A model generated the notes under the pieces. It saw nothing but the letters and a program-made list of their open reading frames with translations, did not search any database and had not been told where the DNA came from. A stretch of DNA of 64,000 bases from Candidatus Omnitrophota bacterium (lineage in GTDB: Bacteria > Omnitrophota > Gorgyraeia > Gygaellales > Profunditerraquicolaceae), in assembly GCA_003598025.1 (NCBI GenBank), contig QZKH01000006.1, forward strand, positions 172,035-236,034, read 5' to 3'. Positions 1-9,653 of this stretch are shown here, piece after piece; position 1 is the stretch's first letter; every line of letters begins with the position of its first letter. The translations under genes were made by a program, and so were the position numbers.

Positions 1-881
1 TCAAAATTGATTTTGCTGAGGTCATTAAGGCAGGCAAGGCACCCAAGCCCGTAATCATTACGCTCGTAGTGAACTGGTGTATAAAGCCATTTACCATGTT
101 TGCAATCGCATGGCTGTTCCTGGGATTATTGTTCAAAGGTTGGCTTCCGGGCATGGAAACTGTAAAAGGGGGCGCACAGGTAGAATTGTTTAGGTCCTAT
201 ATAGCTGGTTGTATTTTGCTCGGTATAGCGCCTTGTACGGCTATGGTTTTAATCTGGGGGCATCTGGCTAAAGGAAACGATGGGCATACTTTGGTGATGG
301 TTGCTGTTAATTCGCTGACTATGTTGTTTCTTTATGCTCCTTTGGGCGGATGGTTACTGGGTGTGAACAAAATGCCTATACCATGGCAGACAATAGTATT
401 ATCAGTGGTAATCTATGTCGGCTTGCCTTTATTGCTGGGTTATTATTCAAGAAAATGGTTAATTGCAAGGAGGGGATTTAAATGGTTTGAGGAGAGATTC
501 CTGCATTATTTGACTCCCGTATCAATATGCGCGCTGCTCCTTACGCTTATTTTGCTTTTTTCATTTAAAGGCGAATTGATTATCAACCAGCCGCAGATTA
601 TTATTTTGATTGCGATCCCGCTTTTTATCCAGACTTGCCTTATTTTCGGCATAACATACGCTATTGCAAGGTGGCTGAAATTATCTTATAGAGATGCAGC
701 CCCTTCTGCGCTTGTGGGTGCAAGCAACCATTTTGAAGTTGCTATTGCGACTTCCACGGTACTCTTCGGCTTATCTTCAGGGGCATCTTTGGCGACTGTA
801 GTCGGGGTTTTAATCGAAGTCCCGGTCATGCTTATGCTGGTAAAGATATGCCTGCGCACAAGGCATTTATTCGGTAAATGA
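1..881 (+). CDS. acr3: ACR3-family arsenite efflux transporter, 5'-truncated by the window edge
   Basis: Frame is open from position 3 ([16 protein letters not shown]...). Motifs [18 protein letters not shown] and [11 protein letters not shown] are typical of ACR3; many TM helices. Confidence 0.95.
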   Translation, partial: KIDFAEVIKAGKAPKPVIITLVVNWCIKPFTMFAIAWLFLGLLFKGWLPGMETVKGGAQVELFRSYIAGCILLGIAPCTAMVLIWGHLAKGNDGHTLVMVAVNSLTMLFLYAPLGGWLLGVNKMPIPWQTIVLSVVIYVGLPLLLGYYSRKWLIARRGFKWFEERFLHYLTPVSICALLLTLILLFSFKGELIINQPQIIILIAIPLFIQTCLIFGITYAIARWLKLSYRDAAPSALVGASNHFEVAIATSTVLFGLSSGASLATVVGVLIEVPVMLMLVKICLRTRHLFGK

Positions 882-952
882 TGATTTTCTTCCAGCGTTT
901 CTTTTATGCGGCTATTTTATTATATTTTATGGAATAAAAAATCGTTAGAAAA

Positions 953-2302
953 ATGATTAAGATAGCCTTCGTTTACTTTTATTACCCTTATGTGTTGAAT
1001 TGTCCTCCTTATGGCATTTTGAGCCTAGCCGCATACATGAAAGAAAAATTCCAGGACAAAATAGAAATCAAATTGTTTGATGTGCTTCCAGGGGCAGATA
1101 TCAGGCAAGCCATAGAAGCATTTTCTCCGGATCTGATAGGCATATCCAGTTTCACTTTTTCTATCTCAAGGGCTTACGAATTAGCAGATTATTTTATGAC
1201 TAAGCGGGGAATTAAAGTGATATTAGGCGGCCTGCATGCAAGCCTGTATCCTCAGGAGAGCTTAAGGCACGCAGATTACGTGGTTAGAGGAGAAGGGGAG
1301 CGTGGTTTAGTAGAATTATTCTCCGGCATTATGAAAGACAATAGTTATCACCCTAGGATTATAAACTCGGAACCTATTGCAGATTTGGATACTTTACCTT
1401 CTTTACCGTGGGGTTTGGTTGACAAAATATTTTATACTACTACTAGCGACCATGCATTAAAGAATTTGGGTATAAAAAAAGGCTGTAAGCACGTAGAATT
1501 AATGACTTCGCGATGGTGCAATTACAAGTGTGCTTACTGTTATAATAGCGGTTTTGAACACGGGGCAAGGTATTTTTCCGCCGAGAGAGTGATAGCTGAT
1601 ATCAGATACCTTTTGGAAGAATGGCAGGTAGATTATATTGGTTTTGTTGATGATGATTTTCTCTCCAGCCAACCCAGGTTATCCAGCATCTGCGGCTTAA
1701 TAAAGAAGCACAAGCTTAAATTCCAATGGTTTTGCCACGCGCATGTCAATTCGGTCAATCCCGATACATTGAGAATGATTAAGGACTCCGGTTGTGATTT
1801 TGTTGCTTATGGATTTGAGAGCGGTTCTCCTAAAATACTGAATTTCTTGAAAGGCAAAAGTGTAAGCGTAGTGAAAAATGCCAAGGCAGCAAAGATGACA
1901 AATAAGGCAGGTTTAAGAGTATTTGGTTATATCATGATGGGAACGCCTACTGAAACAATAATTGATTTGTTTAGAACAATACTATTTGTTCTCTTTAACC
2001 ATATAGATATAGTAGCTACCAATAAAACCACAGCTTATCCGGGAAGTGAATTATGGAAATATTGCATAGATAACCGGATATTTAATTGGGAAAATGATAA
2101 ATTTGAGAAACCATTTCAGTATATTTATCTTAACAGAAAATATATCCCGGCCGTTTTCTTTGAATTCATATGGTTTATCTATATAAAAGCACTACTACCG
2201 GTTAAGCAGCTATGCCAAAAGGCCGATTCCAACATAAGGATACTTGTTTTAAATAGCCGGGATTTTTTTAGAAAAGCATGTAGATTATTTCTTGGTATTT
2301 GA
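953..2302 (+). CDS. B12-binding-domain radical SAM protein
   Basis: N-terminal PPYGILSLAAY / GGLHAS / VRGEGE B12-binding signature; CNYKCAYC cluster motif; GFESGS. Confidence 0.9.
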   Translation: MIKIAFVYFYYPYVLNCPPYGILSLAAYMKEKFQDKIEIKLFDVLPGADIRQAIEAFSPDLIGISSFTFSISRAYELADYFMTKRGIKVILGGLHASLYPQESLRHADYVVRGEGERGLVELFSGIMKDNSYHPRIINSEPIADLDTLPSLPWGLVDKIFYTTTSDHALKNLGIKKGCKHVELMTSRWCNYKCAYCYNSGFEHGARYFSAERVIADIRYLLEEWQVDYIGFVDDDFLSSQPRLSSICGLIKKHKLKFQWFCHAHVNSVNPDTLRMIKDSGCDFVAYGFESGSPKILNFLKGKSVSVVKNAKAAKMTNKAGLRVFGYIMMGTPTETIIDLFRTILFVLFNHIDIVATNKTTAYPGSELWKYCIDNRIFNWENDKFEKPFQYIYLNRKYIPAVFFEFIWFIYIKALLPVKQLCQKADSNIRILVLNSRDFFRKACRLFLGI

Positions 2303-2314
2303 TATAATTGTAAC

Positions 2315-2986
2315 ATGTATATTTTTTCAAAAGACAACAGCGTTTATTTATTCAGGATATTCCTTTTTTGTTTAGCCGGGTTGATTTTAATATCCGGTTG
2401 CTATTCGGCATCCACCTTGAAGAAAAACATACCTAAGGGTAAGGGCTTGATTATTTCTCCTGCCGAAGGCAATATAACTAAGATAATCAGGAATATAAAA
2501 ATAAATAAATCTTCCCACATAGAGCTGCATCACCTGGATAAGAATTGTTCTTTTGACGAGTTAGCCCCATATGCCAAAGACGGATCAAGCCTTGTAATAA
2601 TCTCAATGAAGCTTTACCATAAACATATTACACTCAGCCCTATAGCTGGGAAAGTTAGCAGGATATTTTATGTCCCGGGCGGATTCAGGAACGTGTTCTC
2701 GAAGGGTTCGTATGAAGAAAACGAGCACAATAGTATTATTATAGACGGCGATGTGGATTTAGCGGTGATCCAGATCGCCGGACTCATGGCAAGAAAAATA
2801 GTCTGTGGTGTCTTAGAGGGGCAGGAAATAAGCGCCGGCGATAAGCTTGGTCATATTAAGCTTGGGTCTGCGGTTGCGCTTTTTCTTCCTCCGGAATGCA
2901 AGATAGTTGTAAAGGAGGGCCAGAAAGTAGATGCTGCCAAAGATATTATTGCCCAATACCCCGTTATTGTTAATGATAATAAATAA
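2315..2986 (+). CDS. psd: Phosphatidylserine decarboxylase family proenzyme (short type)
   Basis: SPAEG, HITLSPIAG, ENEHN, QIAGLMARKI and C-terminal IKLG/SAV autocleavage motif. Confidence 0.8.
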   Translation: MYIFSKDNSVYLFRIFLFCLAGLILISGCYSASTLKKNIPKGKGLIISPAEGNITKIIRNIKINKSSHIELHHLDKNCSFDELAPYAKDGSSLVIISMKLYHKHITLSPIAGKVSRIFYVPGGFRNVFSKGSYEENEHNSIIIDGDVDLAVIQIAGLMARKIVCGVLEGQEISAGDKLGHIKLGSAVALFLPPECKIVVKEGQKVDAAKDIIAQYPVIVNDNK

Positions 2987-3004
2987 TTTGCGGATCAGGA
3001 TTTA

Positions 3005-4327
3005 ATGAGAAAGAAAGCCGCATTTTTTCTTATTTTAGCGGTAATATTCCTATCGCGTTTTATCCTGGTAATAGCCGGCCAGGATTTAATGGGCGATGAC
3101 GGCTTTCAGTATTTAACACGCGCAGAAAATTATTTAAAATACGGGATTCTTTCTCCTGACCGCGCAGATTCTTTCCGTAACCAATTCATAGACTCTCCGT
3201 TATACCCAATACTGCTTTCATGTTTCTTAAGAGTACTTAACAGCAAAATTGCAGCTGTCAGGTCTATATGCATGCTTAATTCCGTTTTTTTTATATTAGC
3301 AGCTTGCGCCGTATTCTTCCTGGCATATCGGCTTAGTAAAAAATACCTGGTAGCGCTGTTTTCTCTGGCAGTATTTGGCATGATGCCGGAAGGATTTGTA
3401 TATTCAATCCTTAATATGCCTGATAGTATGTTTCTGGCATTTTTTATATGGTCGAATTATTTTTTTGTCAGTTATTTTGGTTGTAACAGATGGAGGCGTT
3501 TAGCTTTAGCTTCATTCTTGCTTGGTATGAGCGTATTAATCAAGCCTATATCGCTTTTATTTATTTTAGTTTATGTTGTGTTGATAATTTCTTTTGATAA
3601 GAATGATTTCAGGCGCAGGGTAAAAATTGCAGTTTTATGCATTCTTGTGCAGATGTTTACCTTGTCACCCTGGTTAATAAGGAATTATCATGTATATAAA
3701 GAGATTTTCTTCAGCACGAAAAAAGACATCCATCTCTATTATTATGATTACCGTTTTATACTGGAAGATATCTATGGCAAGGAAGCAGCCGGCAGTATGA
3801 TAGAACAAAAAGCTAGGGAGATCTTCTCAAATATCGATGTAAATTCCAGGGATTCTGTTAAAGCTATACATGTTTTGGGTGGCTTTGCCAAAAAGGAGAT
3901 ATTCAGTAATTTCAGTTCCTACGCAACTCTCCTTATTAAAAGGCATCCGCGCCTTTATTTTGGCACAGGCACCGTTCAATTGCTGACTTTAACCGGAGAC
4001 GCAAGCGGCGCTCAGGCTTTGTATGAGTTTGGAAGGCAGCCGGCGCTAAGCATGCTTCGAAGACTTCCGGTGTATGTTATGACTTTGCAGCTTTTTTCAT
4101 GGATACTGCTCTTTTTAATTTATTTGTTATCGATTGCAGGATTAATGCGCATTATAGTTAAAAGAAAATGGGAAACACTTGTCCTTTTATCATTAAGCTT
4201 TTTATATTTTGTCATACTTGTCGGTCCGGCAACTCACACACGGTATAGGTTTGATTTCTCTTATTTGTTCGCTATATTATGCGGGTTTGTATTATATGAA
4301 ATAAAATCTTCTTCCGAAAATATATGA
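3005..4327 (+). CDS. GT-C fold membrane glycosyltransferase (ArnT/PMT-2/GT39-like)
   Basis: First TM followed by acidic loop GDDGFQY, then PLYP..L, many TMs, PWLIRN and RYR motifs. Confidence 0.8.
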   Translation: MRKKAAFFLILAVIFLSRFILVIAGQDLMGDDGFQYLTRAENYLKYGILSPDRADSFRNQFIDSPLYPILLSCFLRVLNSKIAAVRSICMLNSVFFILAACAVFFLAYRLSKKYLVALFSLAVFGMMPEGFVYSILNMPDSMFLAFFIWSNYFFVSYFGCNRWRRLALASFLLGMSVLIKPISLLFILVYVVLIISFDKNDFRRRVKIAVLCILVQMFTLSPWLIRNYHVYKEIFFSTKKDIHLYYYDYRFILEDIYGKEAAGSMIEQKAREIFSNIDVNSRDSVKAIHVLGGFAKKEIFSNFSSYATLLIKRHPRLYFGTGTVQLLTLTGDASGAQALYEFGRQPALSMLRRLPVYVMTLQLFSWILLFLIYLLSIAGLMRIIVKRKWETLVLLSLSFLYFVILVGPATHTRYRFDFSYLFAILCGFVLYEIKSSSENI

Positions 4328-5736
4328 ACCTAATTTTAGTAAACCCATATTCACATTCGATATCCGGAGTAAACAAGGCGACTATTGAGCCTCCGGTTGG
4401 CCTGGCTTATATCGCGGCGTTATTGGAATCAAGAGGATACAATTGCCAGATTATTGATGCGCAGATTATGGGTTTATCTTCGCATGAGCTTTTACGCGAA
4501 ATAAGAATACAGCCTGATTTAATCGGGATATCATCAAGCATAGTTACTTATCCTGCCGCACTCGATACAGCCAAAGTATTAAAAGAGGCATTTAAAGGCA
4601 CTCCAGTTATTTTCGGAGGCCCGCACCCTTCGTCGATACCTGAGAAAGCCCTGCAGAATGATTGTGTGGATGCTGTTGCTGTCGGAGAGGCTGAAGCCAC
4701 TATGCTGGAAATCGCCCGGCGATTTAAGGACGGGGAGCATTTATTCTCCGGAATAGAAGGGGTAATATATAAAAATAATGGTGAAGTTGTTACAAACAGC
4801 CCTAGGAAACTTATCGAAGATTTAGATGCATTGCCTTTTCCGGCGTACCATCTTTTACCCGGATTTAAATTGTATAAAAGCAGGGCAAGAAAATCCCCGG
4901 TTGCTCCGCTATTGACTAACAGGGGATGCCCTTACCAGTGTACTTTTTGTAATAAGGATATATTTCAGAGGCGTATCCGTTCAAGGAGCCCGGAAAACGT
5001 TATCAAAGAGATTGACTGGTTGGTAAATAAATTCTCAGTAAAGCAGATAGATATTTTGGATGACAACTTTAATTTTGATTTGAACCATGCAAAGCAGATT
5101 CTAGACTTGATCATTGATAGGGATTATAGCTTGGCTATAAATATGCAAAATGGAATACGGGCAGATAATGTTGATCCCCAGCTTCTTGATAAAATGAAAA
5201 AAGCCGGGGTTTTTAAGATAGGCTTCGGCATTGAAACCGCAGACCCGCAGGTACAAAGAAAAATAAAGAAGGTACTTGACTTGGATAAGATAATAGGCAT
5301 AACCAGGCAGGCGCAGGAAAAGGGTATTATTGTTTATGCAAATTTTATCATCGGCCTGGTCGGGGATAGCCAGGAATCAATGCAGAGGACTATTGATTAT
5401 GCCGTGAGGCTCTCTCCTGATATCGCAAATTTTATGATAGCTTTGCCTTTACCCGGGACCGAGCTTTATAAAGAGATAGAAGAGAAAGGGAAGTTCCTGG
5501 TCAATGTAGATGGCGGTGTTGAAAAGGGATTCTATGGCAATCAGGTATTTTATGAAATAGGTTCATTAAACAAAGATATGGTGTTAAAATATTACCGTAA
5601 GGCATACCGGGATTTTTATATAAGGCCTGGACGTTGGGCCCGGTTAATAAGAAGCATACGTTCGGTTAATGAATTGATATGGTTTAAAGACGCGATATTT
5701 GATCTTATAAAGAATATGCTAATCAGAAACAGGTGA
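4324..5736 (+). CDS. B12-binding-domain radical SAM protein
   Basis: PPVGLAYIAA, GGPHPS, VGEAE, RGCPYQCTFC, GIET; ATGA overlap with the upstream gene. Confidence 0.92.
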   Translation: MNLILVNPYSHSISGVNKATIEPPVGLAYIAALLESRGYNCQIIDAQIMGLSSHELLREIRIQPDLIGISSSIVTYPAALDTAKVLKEAFKGTPVIFGGPHPSSIPEKALQNDCVDAVAVGEAEATMLEIARRFKDGEHLFSGIEGVIYKNNGEVVTNSPRKLIEDLDALPFPAYHLLPGFKLYKSRARKSPVAPLLTNRGCPYQCTFCNKDIFQRRIRSRSPENVIKEIDWLVNKFSVKQIDILDDNFNFDLNHAKQILDLIIDRDYSLAINMQNGIRADNVDPQLLDKMKKAGVFKIGFGIETADPQVQRKIKKVLDLDKIIGITRQAQEKGIIVYANFIIGLVGDSQESMQRTIDYAVRLSPDIANFMIALPLPGTELYKEIEEKGKFLVNVDGGVEKGFYGNQVFYEIGSLNKDMVLKYYRKAYRDFYIRPGRWARLIRSIRSVNELIWFKDAIFDLIKNMLIRNR

Positions 5737-5742
5737 TTTGCT

Positions 5743-6471
5743 ATGAAAACAGTAAGCGTATTGATACCGGCAAAGAATGAATCAGAGACAATAGCCCCGC
5801 TTATCGGACAGATAAAAAATACATTCGCAGGGATAGATAAATATAACCTTGAGATTGTGGTTATCGCCGATCACTGCAACGACCAAACCGGTCGGATTGC
5901 GTTAGAAAACGGCGCCGTTGTATATCAGAATATCTATAAGCCGGGCAAAGGTAACTCCTTAAGGTTCGGTTTTGGGGTTTGTAAGGGTGATATTATAGTT
6001 ATGCTTGATGCCGATGGTTCGCATCAGCCGCAGGATATCCCGCACTTTATCGAGGCCATAGAAAAAGGTTCCGGGCTTGCAATAGGCTCAAGGGCAAAGG
6101 GCGGAAGCGATGAATACGAGATTATTAGGCTATTCGGGAATGCTGTTTTTACATTCCTTGTTGACATATTATTCTCTCTGGATCTTACAGATTCATTGAA
6201 TGGTTATAAAGCGTTCAGGCAGGACATAATAAATAGCCATAAGTTTAATTCCAGATGGTTTGATATTGAAATAGAGTTAATTTTTGCTGCGTTAATAAAA
6301 GGTTACAGGATAACAGAGGTATCAAGCCATGAGCTGGCTCGGCAGGGCGGCAGGATGAAATCAAGCACCTTTCTTGACGGCTTAAGGTTTTTATTTGCAA
6401 TATTCAAATGGGGGTTTAAATACAGGGTTATTAAAATATTAAGCATTCGCAAAAAGGATAGTGACAGATGA
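5743..6471 (+). CDS. GT2 polyprenol-phosphate glycosyltransferase (DPM1/GtrB-like)
   Basis: IPAKNE, GKG, MLDADGSH, GSR, DSLNGYKAF, FDIEIEL. Confidence 0.88.
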   Translation: MKTVSVLIPAKNESETIAPLIGQIKNTFAGIDKYNLEIVVIADHCNDQTGRIALENGAVVYQNIYKPGKGNSLRFGFGVCKGDIIVMLDADGSHQPQDIPHFIEAIEKGSGLAIGSRAKGGSDEYEIIRLFGNAVFTFLVDILFSLDLTDSLNGYKAFRQDIINSHKFNSRWFDIEIELIFAALIKGYRITEVSSHELARQGGRMKSSTFLDGLRFLFAIFKWGFKYRVIKILSIRKKDSDR

Positions 6472-8363
6472 CCGCAAGCATAAACTATAACGAATTTTGG
6501 GTAAGCCTTTTTGATACAATGGATGATATTATTTTTATTGTTGATAAGGAATGTAATATAAAAAAGGCAAATAGCGCCTTTTTGCTGGCTATGAACAGTG
6601 AGGAAAAGAACTTTATTGATAAGAAATGCTATGATGTTCTTGGCAGTTGCTGTTGCGGTGTTAACTCTTGCCCGCATAAGGAGACCGTAAATGCGGCTAA
6701 GCTTACGACATCCGAATATTATGATGACAGGCTTAATAAGTGGTTTCACTTACGCAGCGCTCCGTTATTTGACAAGAATAATGCTGTATGCGGCTCTATA
6801 TGCGTGCTGATCGATATTACTGAGCATAAGGCTAAAGACGAGGAATTAGAGGAATTAAGCCAGGCTGTCGAGTTAAGCCCGACTTGTGTTATGATTACTG
6901 ATGCCGATGCCAATATTGAGTATGTTAATAAAAAATTCCTTCAGTTAACAGGATACGCCCTTGAGGAGGTTATTGGCAAAAACCCGCGAATATTAAATTC
7001 AGGAGAGCAAGATAAGGAATTCTACAAAAAGCTATGGGATACCATACTCTCCGGTGAAGAATGGAGAGGCCAGTTCCATAACCGGAAAAAAAACGGGCAA
7101 TTATACTGGGAGTCTGCCTTAATTTCATCAGTCAAGAATAAAGACGGTAAGATTATTCATTTCATAGCCGTAAAAGAAGATATTACCGAACGTAAAAAGA
7201 TGGAGGAAAGCCTGCTTGCTGCAAATGAAAGGTTAAAGGAGTTAGACAAGTTGAAGTCAGAATTTGTCGCTACTGTCTCTCATGAGTTAAGGACGCCTTT
7301 GTCAATTATGAAGGAGGGGGTTTCATTAGTTATAGATAAGGTTACAGGGCCTTTGAACGGGCGGCAGGAAAAAACCCTGGAAACAGTTTTTTCTAATATA
7401 GACCGGTTGACTCAGCTCATCAATGATTTATTGGATATATCAAGGATAGAGTCCGGTAAACTTCGCCTAAAGAAGAGTTTTATAAATGTTTCTGCACTTT
7501 TAGATGATACATGTTCTAAAATGAGGATACAGAGTGACTCTAAGCACCAGCAGCTACTTTGCTATATCCCGGATAAACCTGAATATCTGTTTGTTGACCA
7601 GGATAAATTTATACAGATCCTTACGAACATAATCTCAAATGCTGTCAAATATACCCCTGAAAACGGGATTATAACAGTAAGCTTGCAGGGTAAGGATGAA
7701 TCCGTTGAGTTTAGAGTGATTGATAACGGTTCGGGTATATCCCGTGAGGACCTGCCGAAGTTATTCGGAAAATTCGCGCAATTCGGGCGCAGCCCCGGTG
7801 CCGGGCCTAAAGGCACAGGTTTAGGCCTTGCAATAACCAAAGAGCTTGTTAATATGCATAAGGGCAGTATTTGGGTGGAGAGTGATTTGGGTAAAGGGAG
7901 TAAATTCGTCATTTCTTTGCCAAGAATTGAATGTATCGATATTTTTAAGGAGTCTGCAGGCAAGCTTATTGATGATGCCTTAAAAGAAGACAAGCCGATT
8001 ACTTTTATCTTATTGCAAATAGACAATTCTAACGAAATTATCAGTAAATATGGTTTCGCAGAATTTAACCTGGTATTGAGGAATATCGAAAGCGAAATAA
8101 ATAAAGCCTTAAGAGGCAAGGAAGATGTTGTGCAGGTTGGTAAGAATGAAATTATTATTTCGTTATTCGGCGTTGGTAAAGATACTTCCGGGATTGTTTA
8201 TGGCAGGATTGAAAACATTATAAGAGAGTATATTTTAAAATCAGGCTTACAATCAGCAAAGGAGCTTAAGACAAAAGCCGTCTTTATAAGCTATCCCGAG
8301 GAAACTAAGAACATAGAGGAGCTGTTAGCAAAGGTAAGTTGTTCTTCAGTTAAGAATGAATAG
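6468..8363 (+). CDS. Cytoplasmic PAS-PAS sensor histidine kinase with C-terminal degenerate GGDEF-like domain
   Basis: Two PAS/PAC repeats, H-box VSHELRTPL, N-box NAVKY, G boxes DNGSG and GTGLGL; C-terminal ILLQIDN...VGKNEI segment. Confidence 0.88.
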   Translation: MTASINYNEFWVSLFDTMDDIIFIVDKECNIKKANSAFLLAMNSEEKNFIDKKCYDVLGSCCCGVNSCPHKETVNAAKLTTSEYYDDRLNKWFHLRSAPLFDKNNAVCGSICVLIDITEHKAKDEELEELSQAVELSPTCVMITDADANIEYVNKKFLQLTGYALEEVIGKNPRILNSGEQDKEFYKKLWDTILSGEEWRGQFHNRKKNGQLYWESALISSVKNKDGKIIHFIAVKEDITERKKMEESLLAANERLKELDKLKSEFVATVSHELRTPLSIMKEGVSLVIDKVTGPLNGRQEKTLETVFSNIDRLTQLINDLLDISRIESGKLRLKKSFINVSALLDDTCSKMRIQSDSKHQQLLCYIPDKPEYLFVDQDKFIQILTNIISNAVKYTPENGIITVSLQGKDESVEFRVIDNGSGISREDLPKLFGKFAQFGRSPGAGPKGTGLGLAITKELVNMHKGSIWVESDLGKGSKFVISLPRIECIDIFKESAGKLIDDALKEDKPITFILLQIDNSNEIISKYGFAEFNLVLRNIESEINKALRGKEDVVQVGKNEIIISLFGVGKDTSGIVYGRIENIIREYILKSGLQSAKELKTKAVFISYPEETKNIEELLAKVSCSSVKNE

Positions 8364-8372
8364 TCTTGATGG

Positions 8373-8433
8373 TTAGTTCATAGTTCATGGTTCATAGTTT
8401 ATGGATTATCTATAACCATCAATCATGAACTAA
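8373..8433. repeat. Heptamer-arm hairpin repeat, copy 1
   Basis: Left arm TAGTTCA TAGTTCA TGGTTCA TAGTTTA; right arm ends ATGAACTAA, the reverse complement of TTAGTTCAT. Lies between convergent genes. Confidence 0.8.
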
Positions 8434-8439
8434 TAAATG

Positions 8440-9000
8440 TTATTCGAAATCCTCAAACACTATATCTTTTGCGATTCCCCTTGATTTTTCTCTGCCTTTA
8501 AGCGTGCTGACGATTTCTAAGGCAAAAGGTATGGATGTCGCGGCCGCCTGGCTGGTTATAATATTGGCATCGGCTACAACTTTATCTTTTGAATGGATAG
8601 TATCTGCGTGAAATAATTCTTCCATGCCCGGATAACATGTTGCTTTCTTGTTTTTAAGAAGCCCAAGTGGGGCAAGGACTATTGCCGGAGACGCGCATAT
8701 AGCAGCTATAAGCTTGTTTTCTTTACTAGCTTTTAATAATATTTTTCCGACCGTTTTTGATGCAGCCAGATTCTTTGCTCCCCTTGACCCGCCGGGTAGT
8801 ATATAAGCATCAAAACTCTCTTGCAGCCTGTTTATGCGCTCTTCGGCAAGCAGAAACATGCCCCTTGAACTCCTCACCTTAAGGCCGTCAATAGAGCTTA
8901 TGATGACATCAATATCAGCCCTTCTTAATATATCAATACATGATACCGCTTCAATCTCTTCAAATCCGTCAGCCAATAAGACCAGAGCCTTTTTTTTCAT
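8440..9000 (-). CDS. yajL: DJ-1/PfpI family glyoxalase/deglycase (YajL/ThiJ-like)
   Basis: GFEEIEA, LPGG, AAICASP (catalytic Cys), ATCYP, IITSQ; SD AGGAGG upstream. Confidence 0.9.
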   Translation of the reverse strand: MKKKALVLLADGFEEIEAVSCIDILRRADIDVIISSIDGLKVRSSRGMFLLAEERINRLQESFDAYILPGGSRGAKNLAASKTVGKILLKASKENKLIAAICASPAIVLAPLGLLKNKKATCYPGMEELFHADTIHSKDKVVADANIITSQAAATSIPFALEIVSTLKGREKSRGIAKDIVFEDFE

Positions 9001-9151
9001 AATCCCTCCTTGATTAACTTTGGATATTTATTATACTATCAATACCATAATAATCTTGCAAATAGAATTTTCATGAAGTAAAATAAGCTTGCCTATGACT
9101 TGCCTTTAAGCTAAAGGCAAGTGATTATAAATTAAAAAAAGGAGGAGGAAG

Positions 9152-9586
9152 ATGCATAAGAGAGTTAATTTCTTGGTCTTAGTTCTTGCAGCAGCATTAT
9201 TATCCGCGGGTTGTGAAACTGCAGGACAGAATACAACAGGTGGGGCTGTAGGCGGAGGATTACTTGGGGCTGCAGTCGGAGGTATAGTCGGGCATCAAAG
9301 CGGCCATGGCCTGGAGGGCGCGGCAATAGGGGCGGCTACAGGAGCTGTTGCCGGAGGATTAATCGGCAACCAGATGGATAAGAAAGCTATGGCAGTCAAC
9401 CCAAACCATATCCCAATAACAAAGATCGCAGAAATGGCATCCCAGGGCTTGCCCGATGCCGTAATAATAGACGAGATACAGAGGACAAAGTCTAAGTATA
9501 ACCTTAATTCTGAGCTTATAACCTATTTAAAGCAGAATAAAGTAAGCGATAGGGTTATTGATTATATGTTGTCTACAGGGAAATAA
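9152..9586 (+). CDS. Glycine-zipper lipoprotein
   Basis: Lipobox LSAGC; GGAVGGGLLGAAVGG...GAAIGAATGAVAGGLIG zipper; strong SD AGGAGG. Confidence 0.85.
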   Translation: MHKRVNFLVLVLAAALLSAGCETAGQNTTGGAVGGGLLGAAVGGIVGHQSGHGLEGAAIGAATGAVAGGLIGNQMDKKAMAVNPNHIPITKIAEMASQGLPDAVIIDEIQRTKSKYNLNSELITYLKQNKVSDRVIDYMLSTGK

Positions 9587-9602
9587 ATTCATCATTTTAT
9601 AG

Positions 9603-9641
9603 CCCTCTCTGCCTGTTTAACAGGCAGAGAGGGGCGTTTTT
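9603..9641 (+). terminator. Rho-independent terminator after the glycine-zipper gene
   Basis: Perfect inverted repeat CCCTCTCTGCCTGTT (9603-9617) / AACAGGCAGAGAGGG (9619-9633), followed by GCGTTTTT. Confidence 0.8.
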
Positions 9642-9653
9642 GTTAAAGTACCT

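Noticed and set aside
1-881. Arsenic-resistance island
   Set aside because: Only acr3 is visible; no arsR, arsC or mobility genes lie inside the window, though they may be upstream.
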